Notes under the pieces: generated by a model
Told to the model about the DNA's origin: nothing
Seen by the model: only the letters and a program-made list of their open reading frames with translations
Database searches by the model: none
In this document: positions 1 to 12,030 of the stretch, one piece after another
Layout of the letters: the number at the start of each line of letters is the position of its first letter
Numbering within the stretch: position 1 is the stretch's first letter
NCBI GenBank assembly: GCA_051294375.1
Contig: CM119265.1
Location: 21,390,278-21,454,277 of the forward strand
Source of the DNA: Paraspadella gotoi
Taxonomy: Eukaryota > Animalia > Chaetognatha
DNA length: 64,000 nt
Reading direction: 5' to 3'
Made by a program: the position numbers and the translations under genes

Positions 1-180
1 TAAAATAGAAAGGAAATGAAAAGGAAAGAAAGAATAGAAAAAAAAGAATTGAGAAAAGGAAAGAAAGAATAGAAAGGAAGAAAAAAGAATAGAAAGGAAA
101 GAAAGAATAGAAAGGAAAGAAGAAATAGAAAGGAAAGAAAATAGAAAAAGGAAAGAAAGAATAGAAAGGGGAAAAAAGAA
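1..180. repeat. Purine-rich ~18-bp tandem repeat (AAGGAAAGAAAGAATAGA)
   Basis: Imperfect copies from the window start. Confidence 0.8.
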
Positions 181-1733
181 AATTTAATTTATAAACAGAA
201 AGAAAACATTCTATTTTGCGATTGTCTCTAACACTGTCAGCATTCCCAGACAAATACAAAATGTAACTTGATCAGGACTGACGAGCTGAAGTAAAAGACG
301 AAAGTGAAACAAAAAACCCGATGTTTTACTATAGAAAATTGATAACAATGCACGAATGCGATACTTAATTTACGAGTTCAATCCCAATTAAATTTTTTTT
401 TAAGTAAAAAACAACACAGAAGAGAGAGAGAGAGAGAGAGAAAGAAAGAAATCAAATGGCAGAGCAGAAGGCAGGAGAAAAGAGAGAAAAAGAGAGAGCC
501 CCATGCAAGAGCCAGCTGCAGACTCGTTTTTCCCTATGATTATGAATCAGTGAATAGGGAAAAGAGAGAGGGAGAGAGACATCCGTGTATTAAAAAGAAA
601 AAGAGAGAGAGAGAGAGAATATTGAAAATTAAAAGAGTTTTGATAAAACGTAAACAAAAACATATTAATAACTGTTCAGACTCAATTTTAGCACATCGAT
701 GATGAGAAGCTGTATATAAATTTTCAGCTTCATAAAACCCAAATTTAATCATAAAAAGTCGAATCTATAATTTGGAACGCGACACGACGTTCGTAGTAAT
801 AAATAGTTTTACGAGAATAAAATGTAGTTATAACAATTCATTGAACTGTATTAAAAGAGATAAAAACGTGGTTTTTGTTCTTGGCTGAAATTTCGAATGA
901 GAGAAACTTAACAAAAGTAAGTGAGGTCAATTAGATCATCCAGAAATACATTATTATTGGTGGAAAAATATTACAATTAATATCTAGAGAAAAGTTTGAA
1001 ATGATTCAACAACGATTATTTCGAATTGAATTCATTTCAACTTTTCTCTAAATCTTTCAACCACAACCGAAACGATTTTTTATTGAGAAAATGTTTTTGC
1101 CTCTCTTCCTGTCATACGCCAGGCAAAAAATGTAATGAGAGTGAGAAGGCAAAAACTTAAGGAAAATGTGGGAGACGGATGAGAAAAAGAGCGGAGAGCG
1201 GGTATTTTCGCGAGTCATTCGCACCCTAAGCACTTCCGCGACGATCGCCCGTCGGTAGAGGAAAGGAGAGGATTCTCGCTCATTTTTAGAGGCATTTCAC
1301 CCATGGGATGACCTCCGACCTTCGACCGGCGGTAAGAGAGAAAAGAAGAAGAAGAAGAAAATAGAAGAAGAGNNNNNNNNNNCTACCGCGGCTCGATCGA
1401 TTGTCGACCAACCCCATGAGCACAACGGACTATAATGGTCGAGTCGTAAAGGTAGACATTTAAAGAGACGGAATCAGTTGCTAATGAGGGACCCCCCCCC
1501 TCCTCGTCGTTCACAAAAAGATCGTTTTCAACTCAAACCGAAAAAAAAATAACTAAAATTTATTTAAGTTTCTTATGATTTGTCAGTTTTCAGGTGAAAA
1601 GAGCGAAAGAAAAGAAAACCTATTTAACACTTTGGGCCTAAAAAATTTTAATGAATGTATCTTTGCTCAAGGCAAGGAAAACAACTTCCTGATTTTTTCG
1701 TATAAAAATGTCAAAATCAAAAGAAGAAGAAAG

Positions 1734-1764
<31 letters not shown>

Positions 1765-2383
1765 GGGCGAAATGCCAAAAATGCCAAACTTTCTTCTAAA
1801 AACTTCTTTTTTTTATCATTTTCAGCAAAGAATTTTCTATTATTTCCTTTTTCGCTCGAATCAAAAGGAAAAGTTGGTTTTTACAGCGAAAAAATCGCGA
1901 TGCAGAGAATTTATTTGATTTTTTTTTTTTATGGAAACTCGCCGCTCGCGAAATTCTCATGAAAAAAAATATTTACAAGGAAACACGAAGGTCGTAGCGA
2001 CCTTCCCTTTTTTTTTCAAGTCTTACTCGTCGTTACGCAATGCTAGGTATAGTCCGGTACTTTTCATTATTAAAAATAGTAGATTATTGCGTTAAGACTT
2101 AACAATAACTAAATCTAATGATCCAGCGATCGAGTTTCGTCCCTTAAAAGGCGTGAGAGGACAACAGCTGTGGAGCAGAAAGTCGGAAAAGGTAAACAAA
2201 TAACAAGTTTTTCAACCAAAACCAAAAAGGAAACGACATCGGACGATCGCTATATTTTTTCTTTATACTTTTTTTTAAATGAAACAACTTTAAAGAAAAA
2301 AAATTATAATCGGAAATTCAAGCGGAGAAAAAAACTGTTTTTGTTTTTATATTAAAAAAAAATTAATTTTAATTTTACGAAAA

Positions 2384-3138
2384 ATGAAATTTCTTCTTGT
2401 TTCACTTCTAGTCTTGGCTTCGTTCAAAGGTAAAGGGGTTTAAACAATAAGGATCTTGACACACACACACATATATATATAATATTATATATATATATAT
2501 ATATGTGTGACATATCACTTTATACTTATATTGTTTGATAAAAGGTTTAAATTTCTCATTTTTTTAAGAATTTTCCGCGACGATTTCGGATCCCTGCGTC
2601 GCTTGTCTCAGGGTTTGTCACGAAATCAGAGGTAGGCTCTCAGGCTTCTACTTACTTAAAAGAATTCAAGCTATTTCATTTTTGGTACAAAAAAGTGGCA
2701 TATTTCAGATTTTTAAAACTAAAACGATCTATTGAAATTGATTTGGACACGCATANNNNNNNNNNNNNNNNNNNNNNNNNNNNNNNNNNNNNNNNNNNNN
2801 NNNNNNNNNNNNNNNNNNNNNNNNNNNNNNNNNNNNNNNNNNNNNNNNNNNNNNNCATAACTTATTTTGCTTTGGGGCTTGTGGTCGCGCTAATCTTACA
2901 AGACGCAATAGCTTATAGCTTATAGTAGAGACGATATAACTTACTCCCAAAAAAAGTTCCTAAATCTATTCTTCTGTCTCCTCAATAATTGTCCTTTGTT
3001 CCAATTTACAGGCAGTCTCGGAACGCCTGCTCCCCGAGCTGCATGGATCTCTGTCCCGTCATGGGGAAATACGGAAAGAAAAACCAACGAAAACTCTTAG
3101 ACTCGATATTCGGTCCAAAGCTAATGGGATTTCGATAG
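2384..3138 (+). CDS. Small secreted Cys-rich peptide precursor (spliced; model interrupted by an assembly gap)
   Basis: Exons 2384-2429 (MKFLLVSLLVLASFK) and 2569-2631 (EFSATISDPCVACLRVCHEIR) join in phase with GT-AG. Exon 3012-3138 reads QSRNACSPSCMDLCPVMGKYGKKNQRKLLDSIFGPKLMGFR* but is one base out of phase with exon 2; the N gap 2756-2854 lies between them and could hide an exon. Confidence 0.6.
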
Positions 3139-3901
3139 AATATGGACTCTTGGCTACATATTTAAAATGTAAAATATTTACTTGAATTATGTTCAAGACA
3201 TTCAAACCCTTGATTTTGTTTTTAACTCACTGTTATTAGTAAGGAAGCGATCTGAGTTCTAAATTAGTCACGGAATATTTGCTGACTTCAAAGTTAGATT
3301 TCTAGTTACCTTTTTAAATCTTTTTTCGTTGTCTACTTTATCGTCTTTACGGTATCACAGTCTCGTGGTCATCGTCGTCGTTCTTTGTCGTCATTCTCGT
3401 CGTTTTCGTCTTCTTCGTCTTCGGCTTTCGTCTCAATCGTCGTCGTCGTCGTCGTCGTCGTCGTCCTTCTCGTCCTCCCCCATCATGGATGTCGTGATTC
3501 TTTGATATAATCTGGTAATGGATTCTCACCCCAGGGAACCAGAGAGAGAAAAAAAAAAGAAAAAAAGAAGTTCGCTCTCCCTTTTCTTTCCTTCTTTCTT
3601 CCTTTCTTTTTTTTTCTTTTCCTCCTTATAAATTTTAACCAAATCCCATCTTCCTTTTTTCGATATTTCCTCCCATTTTTAAGTCTATGACATCTATGAT
3701 TTCCTTAGTTCCATGCCAGGACTTATCGAGCTGCCTATCTTTCTCGCCTACAAAACTGCCATGCCATTCCTTATATTCTCACCTGCTTGCCAGTTCATTC
3801 CCTGTATCTCACGACTGGCATGTCCTGCTTTTCCCTGTATCTTCCTGACTGCCTCCCTTTCCCTTTAACTCCCGCCTACAATTCCATGCCCACAACAAGA
3901 G

Positions 3902-3983
<82 letters not shown>

Positions 3984-6875
3984 CTCTCTCACGAATGAGA
4001 ATTCGTTCTTTTCGGACTCATGGAATCGCGTGGTGGGTGGAGGGGCCGGAGGGGGCGGGGGGGTTGAGGGATTAAAGTATCGCGAGTGGGGTGTGGATGG
4101 AGCGGTGGCAGCGAGAAAAAAAAATTCCGAGGTGTTGGCTGGAGATTCTACAACACGACTCGGGAACTCGTCACGAAAAATTCCTCCGCTGAAAATCCAA
4201 AAAAATCTTCACCTCCAAGAAATAACTCTCTCTCTCTCATCGTCCTCTCAAGGTGGGGATGCGAGGGACATGAGGAGTCAAAAAGAGAAAGTGGAATCGC
4301 ACACGTTGAAGAGAAAAGGAAAGGGGGAGGTAGTCAGTTTTGATCGAGGACTTGGTCGCTGAGAGGTGAGTCGAAAAAAAGGAATAAGGCTAAGGAGCAA
4401 CGGAGATCGTGAATTCGCTACGATTCTACCTCGCTTTGAGGGTGAGTTGTGAAGGAGAGGTTGGGAAGACGTGGTTGCAGTTTTTGGGTAAGGTCCTCTA
4501 GGTAAGGGCTCCTTACCCTTTACTCGACTGACCTCCGTCTGCGACAAACCCAACCTCATATTTCATCGCGGCTAAATTTTTTGTTGCGAGGCGAAAGTGG
4601 AAATCAACCCCTGATTTTTTTTGAGCGCGACCTCAATCGAGGCTCTAGCCTCGTTTTCGATCTTTACCTTCGCCTCACCTCAGGGGCATGGGTTTAGTAA
4701 ATAAATTGTATAATAGTAATGTAATAGTAATAAATAGTATGAGATATATTAAATATTGAATACCCTAGAAATAGTAATTTAATGTATTATATATGTAACA
4801 TATCATACATATTGACATTATTGTTTAACCTCAAACGAAAATAGGATTGCCCCCCTTTCCCTTCGCAAAAACTCACCCAATCGCCGACCCAATCACCCAC
4901 CCACCTCCACCATCACCTCCGACCTCACCCGCCACGCCCTCCTTTCCGCTCGTCGATTCGCCTTCAAACAGATCAGACAGAAGGTGACAAATTGAAAACG
5001 CCATCTCCCTTTTAATCGAATGGGAGGAGGAGGAGGAGGAGGAGGAGGAGGAGGAGGAGGGAAAGAGAGGAGAAAATAAAGGAGGAATGCCGGAGTGGAG
5101 GAATTTGTTAGAAAATGTTAATAAATAAATAAAATAAAATGAAATGAAATCTTTTTTTTCTTAATATTTACAAGTATTACGCCGTAAAATGTTTATCTTT
5201 AAAACTTTGAAATAACCACTGTTTGAAATTTTTTTTGTTTTTTGCCTACAACCATTAGCTATCCCTTTCTATTGTCGTTTGTACTTATGCTTACAATTCT
5301 ACTCATTCACTCTCACTAAGTACCGCCTTTTCATTCTCGTTTCCTCATTTACATTTTAGCGGCGAAGTTGATGACGTCACGATTGCGGGGTCGAGTGATT
5401 CGAGAGAGTCGGAGAAAGGAAAGCGAATGAGGAAGCGGACGCGGAAGCGGATGAGGAAGTGAATGTGGAAGCGGATGCGAAAAGAAGCGGTCAAAGGAAA
5501 TAGAGACGAGAAAAATATTTTAATTAATTGCGAGTTATATACTGACAATAACAAATTATAAACTTAGAAAGACGAGGAGAGTAGAGAAAAGAAAAAAGTG
5601 AACAATATAGCAAGGGAAACTAAAGAAACAAAGCTGATACGAAAATAAGAATATAAAATTGGAAAAAGAAGCGGAAGAAAAGCGAAATGTTAGTCTCTCC
5701 ACTCACGTGTTAACCGACGTCTGTTGTGGTGTCTATGCGCTGACCGTGAAAATGGGAGAGAGAGAGAGAGAGANNNNNNNNNNNNNNNNNNNNNNNNNNN
5801 NNNNNNNNNNNNNNNNNNNNNNNNNNNNNNNNNNNNNNNNNNNNNNNNNNNNNNNNNNNNNNNNNNNNNNNNNNNNNNNNNNNNNNNNNNNNNNNNNNNN
5901 NNNNNNNNNNNNNNNNNNNNNNNNNNNNNNNNNNNNNNCTCCTTTTTCCTTTCTCTTCCTCAGGATTCAAGATATCGTCGTCTCTAGGTCACGTGATCTT
6001 CAGCGCCACCACGTGACCTCTCTCGCCTCGCGACGTCAGATCCGACTCAATCAAGGATTCTTCGGCGCGAGTATGCGGCATTGACAGTATCGTCTCGGTC
6101 GTCAATGCCGCAACAACGCTATGAAAGTGTATGCAAATCTGGAAGCTTCAGCGTTAATTATGAATTTAACGTAATGCTGTAATGATCGTCAGACGATTAC
6201 AATTATTTAAAGTTACAAAAAGTAACTGTAAGAGCAGCAAAGTTAACCGAAAAAAAAAAAGAATGAAACAAATCAAACCGAGTGAAACTCTCTCTTTCTT
6301 TTACGCCCGAGCAGCGTTACCGCGGCTGCAGCAAGTCCGCTCCATAAACAACGGAATAAACCCCTGCTGCCACCGCTGCCGCTGATGGCGCTGCTGACGC
6401 TCCTGCGCCTCACGCGGGCTGAGTTATTATGGGAGACAGAGTTTTTCCAGACGAGAGGATTCTCATATTCTGCCACTCGGTTTATCTTATGGGATTTTTC
6501 GTCAGGCAAAAGAATTCTCCGCGGGGAAACAAAGTAGGGGTGGAGAGTTGACCAAGGAGACCTGGGCGCTGGAGAGAGGAGAGATGAGAGAAGGAGAGAG
6601 AGAGAGAGAAGAGAGAGATGAGAGAGAGATGAGAGAGAGAGAGAGAGAGAGGGCATGAGCAGAGAGAGAAGACGGTTCGTTTCAAGTAGCTGTGAAGAAT
6701 TGCAGTGCATAGAAATGACAGGAATAGGGACTCGCCTGGAGCGTAGTTTAGCAAGAGAGGGAAGGTTGAGAGAGAGGAGAGAGAGGATGAAGAGAGGAGA
6801 GAGGAGAGGAAGGGAGTAAGGAGAGAGAGAGAGAGGGAAGAGAGAGAGAGAGAAGAAGAAGAGAAGAGAAGTGAG

Positions 6876-6915
<40 letters not shown>

Positions 6916-7461
6916 GACTGGAGGAGAAGAGACGAGAGGGGGGGCAAATTCTTTATCTCCGACTCACGGAAAATTGCGCAAATTCAAAACCATTGAACGA
7001 CTTAATTGCGAGTTGAAGCCTCGTTCCTCGTCGCCATTATTGCTCATTTGTCTCCCGAGGAGTTTTTCTCTCTCTTCACTCTCTCTCTCTCTTCCCTTTT
7101 CCTCTCGGTCGGCAGCGCCGCCCTGGCGGAGGCGAAAGGAATTTCACAAAAACTTGTTTTCATTCTTCCCGCGGATCACGTTATAAATCTTTTTGAAGAG
7201 TCGGCGGCGGTGGCGGGTGGGAGGGCGTGGGTTGGATGGGTTGAGGGTGATGATGGGCGATGGGAAAGAGTGGCAATCGTCTGTGGCCAATCCCCGGGAT
7301 GTTGTAATCTCCACCGCCAATGTTACGAATCAAATATGTAATATACAGTTTTATTCTCTAATCACGTGTTTCTTGAGGGTTTTTTTTATACAAGCAGATT
7401 TGATTTGAAAGAAACTTTTTATTATTTTTATCATCGGTTTTCCTTTTCGTGTTTTCTCCAA

Positions 7462-7495
<34 letters not shown>

Positions 7496-7691
7496 AGAGA
7501 GAGAGGAGGAGGGAGAGAGAGAGAGAGAGAGAGAAAAGAGAGACGAGAGAGAGAGAGGAGAGAGGAGCGAGGAGAGAGATCCGGCTCCGGAAAGGGAAAT
7601 GTCCTCACGTCGTCGGCGCTTCACCCGCGACTCATAAATCGGAAACCGAGTTTTGAATTTTTTTTTCTTTTTTCTTTTTCTTTTTGGTTGG

Positions 7692-7797
7692 GTCGCCATC
7701 TTGGATTCTTTGGTTCTGCCATCTTTGGAAATCACGTGACAAATATAAATCTGTTTCTTTTGTTGTTCCCAAACGCGGCGATTTCTTTTCTCTTTTA

Positions 7798-7850
<53 letters not shown>

Positions 7851-8028
7851 CTCTCTCCTCCTTCTCCTCCTCGCTCTCTCTCTCTCTCTCTCAAATTTCT
7901 CTCCCTTGCTCTGTAAAGAAGGAGAGGAATGATTTCTTTTTTCCTCTCCATTTTTTCGGTTCTTAGATGACAAACGATTCTTCGCCGCCATTTTAGATTT
8001 TTCTTTTCTCGAGGTTATCGCCATCTTG
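7692..8028 (-). promoter_or_regulatory. Cluster of YY1-like sites plus E-box
   Basis: CGCCATCTT (7694), GCCATCTTT (7718), CGCCGCCATTTT (7983) and CGCCATCTTG (8019), all in one orientation; TCACGTGAC at 7732. Confidence 0.4.
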
Positions 8029-8864
8029 TGACGAGGCAGAGGAAACAGATTTGTCGTCCAACAAAAGAACAACGAAAGAAATAAATCGCCAAATAAAGAG
8101 AGAGCGCGAACGAGGGAAAGAAACTGTAAGGAAAAATTGAGTTATTCATCCTTGACAATTTTTTTTCTTTTCGTTTTTGTCGTCCTTCAAATAAAATATC
8201 ATTTTCGGAAACCACATGAAAGAATAACACAAGGGAGTAAACTTTATCTAAGGGCTTGAACGTAGTTTAAATTATGATATCCATCATTTTACATACTAAT
8301 AAAAATCAAATAATATTTGTTGTACCAATTTCATATTTTGATTAATTAAATACTTTCACAAATTCGATTCGCTAATCTAAAAATAAGTTAAGCCTTACTC
8401 TTAAAATGAAAAATTATTTTGATCTACATATGAATTGAACAAAACAGATACAGTTCCTCCAATATGTAATAGACCAGAAAAAAACTAATACAGAAAATGA
8501 TAATAAAAACAGGACAAATCAGTCTTCTCGATTTTTTTGTGCAATCTAATCCAATCTAATTCTAAATTACCATCTGATTCTATCATATTCTTACCTTTTT
8601 CTATAGTTTAATACATCCAAAAGCATTCTAACTGAAACTGTTGTTTTGTTTGTACCATACCTGGCAGCCATTCGAAGGCACACGTTGCGACCCCTACTTT
8701 TCTTGTGATCCTGGATCTTTTGTTTGATTTAAGTTGAAAGTCGTACTTGGTTATTATTAATTTACAAGAACAAAGTTTTCCAGCAAACGTTTACAATACA
8801 AATCGAAAAAAAATTCAAAATTATGCTGAAAATAATTAAATGTCGTACGTATTATACAGCATTG

Positions 8865-9605
8865 TTAGCAGCATGATCCGCGGTGCGTCTCCAGGCTTGT
8901 CGAAGAGAAGGCCCTCTCCATTTTATTGGCTAGACCTTTCCAAAGACTCCCGTCTACGGCATCTACGACGCCGCCGAGTTCGTCGTCTCCGACGAAGAGC
9001 GCCCGCAACCGCTCGTCGAGTTTCTTTGAAGACTCGTCCGAAGTCCGAAGTGAGACGTAGAGACCGCAGAGAAACTTGAGAGGGCTCTCGTCGGGTCGAC
9101 GCGGGCGAATCTTGGGACGGCGTCGCGTCGCTGAGGCGCTACTGATGTCAGTGGCGCCGCGATTCGTTTTCGGTGGATCTCCAGCGACGTCAAAGCGAGA
9201 AATCGGTGGCGAAGTTGGCGCTCGACGTTTGGATTCCATCGCCGGCCAAATTAACTCGAGAAGAATTTTCTTCAAGTCCTTGATATTTTCGTCGAGAGTA
9301 AGGAGTCGTCGATCGAGAGATAGGAGGCGTTGCTCGATGCGGATAAGGCTTTCATCTTGTGCCCGTTGGCGTCCCTCGAGCCGAGCCATGCCTAGGAGAA
9401 GTTTAGCGCGCTCAAACCCGTCTTCATGGGATTCTTCATCAGCGCGAGCCGGAGGGAATTCGACTAAGCGTTTATTGGTGAATTCGCCGCTGTCGAATCG
9501 AGGTGAATATCTCTTGGTGAGGACCTTAAGATCTGAATGGCCCGATGACCGATTGGCGGGAGACGTTGACCGATCGGAAAATGCATCGATGGCGAAAAGA
9601 TTCAT
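8865..9605 (-). CDS. Uncharacterised 246-aa ORF with leucine-zipper-like coiled coil
   Basis: GC-rich, non-repetitive ORF in AT-rich flanks; heptad segment LIRIEQRLLSLDRRLLTLDENIKDLKKILLEL. No family recognised. Confidence 0.5.
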   Translation of the reverse strand: MNLFAIDAFSDRSTSPANRSSGHSDLKVLTKRYSPRFDSGEFTNKRLVEFPPARADEESHEDGFERAKLLLGMARLEGRQRAQDESLIRIEQRLLSLDRRLLTLDENIKDLKKILLELIWPAMESKRRAPTSPPISRFDVAGDPPKTNRGATDISSASATRRRPKIRPRRPDESPLKFLCGLYVSLRTSDESSKKLDERLRALFVGDDELGGVVDAVDGSLWKGLANKMERAFSSTSLETHRGSCC

Positions 9606-10700
9606 GTCGAGAGGGAATAGGATGATGTTTAAAAAGTTTTTGCCAAAATAGCGAGGAGGATGAAACGGCGAAATCGAAAGAGAAATCTCAGGGAATGTTC
9701 TTTATTGGTTTCAGCATTCGCGATCGTTCTTGATGGAAAACGAAATGGGTCGAAGGCGAAAAATGTTAATCGCATATTTGATTGTTGTCTGATCGACTTG
9801 ATACCGAGGCTCATTGCCGATTCAATGCCCGGCCACAGACTCCGACTCGCGATGGGGAATCTTGTCTTAAAATCGAAAGCAGCGAAGTCAGACTCATAGG
9901 GCAGCGATAAAAATTGGTTGAAGCGGCAGCGGGAAAATAGGTGGGGCTCAGGAAACGAAGGCATAAAAGGTTGAATTAATTAAAGATATTTGGCGATGTG
10001 AAACGACAAATTATTCTAAAAAAGTTTTTTTTTTTTTTTAAATAATATTCTCATATTGGAGCTTTCGACTTAGATTACAAAACTATTACATATTATTATA
10101 TATATTATATATATATTATTTTTATATATATTATTATTATATATATTATTATATATATATTATTATTTATTAAATGGATGGATAATTTTTATATTGGTTG
10201 TACCAATTTCATATTAACTGTGAGTTGCCTTGGTCAATTCGCTACTTTCGGCGTTGAGTGAAAATTCTAAAAACGGGTTTTCAAACGTAACGACACTTTC
10301 CGCAGCCGACGGAGAGCAGACGACGGGACCCGCTGACCGAACGGGCCGTATTGAATAATAAGTGGTCGTCAGGACTTTACAAATAAATATATTTAAATCT
10401 TTTAATATGTTCTAGGTACTGTTTTAAACTTTTAAATAAATACAAATTGAGTGGTTAGCGGTCACGTAGTAAAACGCGTGAATACTGAAGTTTGAGGTCA
10501 CTTCGCCCTTCAGCAGCCTTACAACGGCTTACCGAAGACAATAAAGGAGCGAAAACTGTTTCATGCTGAAATTTGATTTTGTGTGGAAATTAGCTCCAAT
10601 TCCCACTTTAGAGAGAGAGAGGGGGAGGGAGAAAGAAAGAAAGAAAGAAAAAACAAGCAAAGAAAACCCAAGGAAAAGACAAGAAGAAAGAGACAGAAAG

Positions 10701-10740
<40 letters not shown>

Positions 10741-11256
10741 ATGGTGACCATGGGAGTGTATAAAGATTAGAACCGAGAATCAGACCCAGGGTATTAAGAC
10801 CCTTTTTTCGCGTTTAATGTATTCTCTTCAAATTTATTGTGATGGATAGTGTGATTGAAACAAAGTAATTCTTTTCTCTTTCCCCCTCACTCCCAGCAAA
10901 ACCGGAATAAATCGATTTTCACATTATTTTCCTCGGAGACAAGAATCTCCTCCAACGTTTCCCACACGAATAAAGAGGATAACGTTACGTATTTAGGGAC
11001 GAATACTGTATATTGGGAAAAAACCCGAGAGTAAGAGGGACAAGTGTTTTTCATTCATATGCGTCGGAACTCTGAAGAGACATTCGCCATTAATCGAGTA
11101 TTTTGAATACGATTTTCGTCGCCGAGGTTCTCTTTATCCCCGGACTGGGTTCTCCCCCCCTATCAACTAAATAGGGGGGGGCAAAGCAGGAGTTTCGGTT
11201 AAAAATGTCATTACGTCGCGAAAACTTGGAAAATGGACTCTATTACTCTCGTTTGA

Positions 11257-11873
11257 ATGGAGTTAAAAATGGGCGCGGGGAATTTCAAACTGATTCTGGC
11301 GCTGATCCTCCTGGCGGAAATTTCCGGCGCTAAAACTCTAAACAAAAGACTTTCGTTGCGCGACATTTTGGCGGCTAAATTTGGCGGGAAAAACGAGATC
11401 ATTAAAAACCCGGATGTCGCAAAAAACCCCGTCAGCAATCAGGGAAGAACCAAGAGATTCTATCACAATTATTACGGTTATGGCACTCCGGTAGGTTGTT
11501 TTGTTATAGTGTGTAGTTTGTTTATGTTTATTCATTATTGTTTATGTATTTTGAATTTTTTATTAATGTTTACCGTCGTGTTTGGTGTTCATGTTAAGAA
11601 AAATCAAGTAAATACATAAATATAGTTTTTGGTCTATGTTCCGTTTCCAATGATCTAAATATGAAATCGAACGATTGATTATTCTCCATTCTCCAATCTC
11701 TCTAGTACCTCGCCTACGGCGGCTTCGGGGGCGCATCGCCTTACTACAACAGCTATCGCGGCTTCGGGGGCTACGGCTACAGTAGTGGAGGCTTTGGGGC
11801 CCCGGGCTTCGCCTATAACGGCTTTGGGGGCTACGGTGGTCAACAGGGTTTAGGGGGATTTGGATTTGGCTGA
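11257..11873 (+). CDS. Secreted Gly/Tyr/Phe-rich prepropeptide (2 exons, 133 aa)
   Basis: Exon 11257-11490 encodes a hydrophobic signal (FKLILALILLAEISGA), a pro-region and RTKR, and ends at GTAGGT. Exon 11706-11873 follows a polypyrimidine TAG, is phase 0 and reads YLAYGGFGGASPYYNSYRGFGGYGYSSGGFGAPGFAYNGFGGYGGQQGLGGFGFG*. Confidence 0.85.
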
Positions 11874-11981
11874 TATGAATTGTTATAAACTGTAAAATGT
11901 AAATACTACCTGTTAATCAGTTTTACATCAATATAAATTCATTACTGTTATGACGTAAGTGAGATTTTAAGAGGTGCAGAA

Positions 11982-12030
<49 letters not shown>

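Noticed and set aside
277-312. CTGACGA..GAAA hammerhead-like spacing
   Set aside because: No convincing stem II or stem I/III pairing.
3787-8072. SLSLSL/RERERE ORFs (also 47475-48041, 55668-57477)
   Set aside because: Translations of AG/CT microsatellites.
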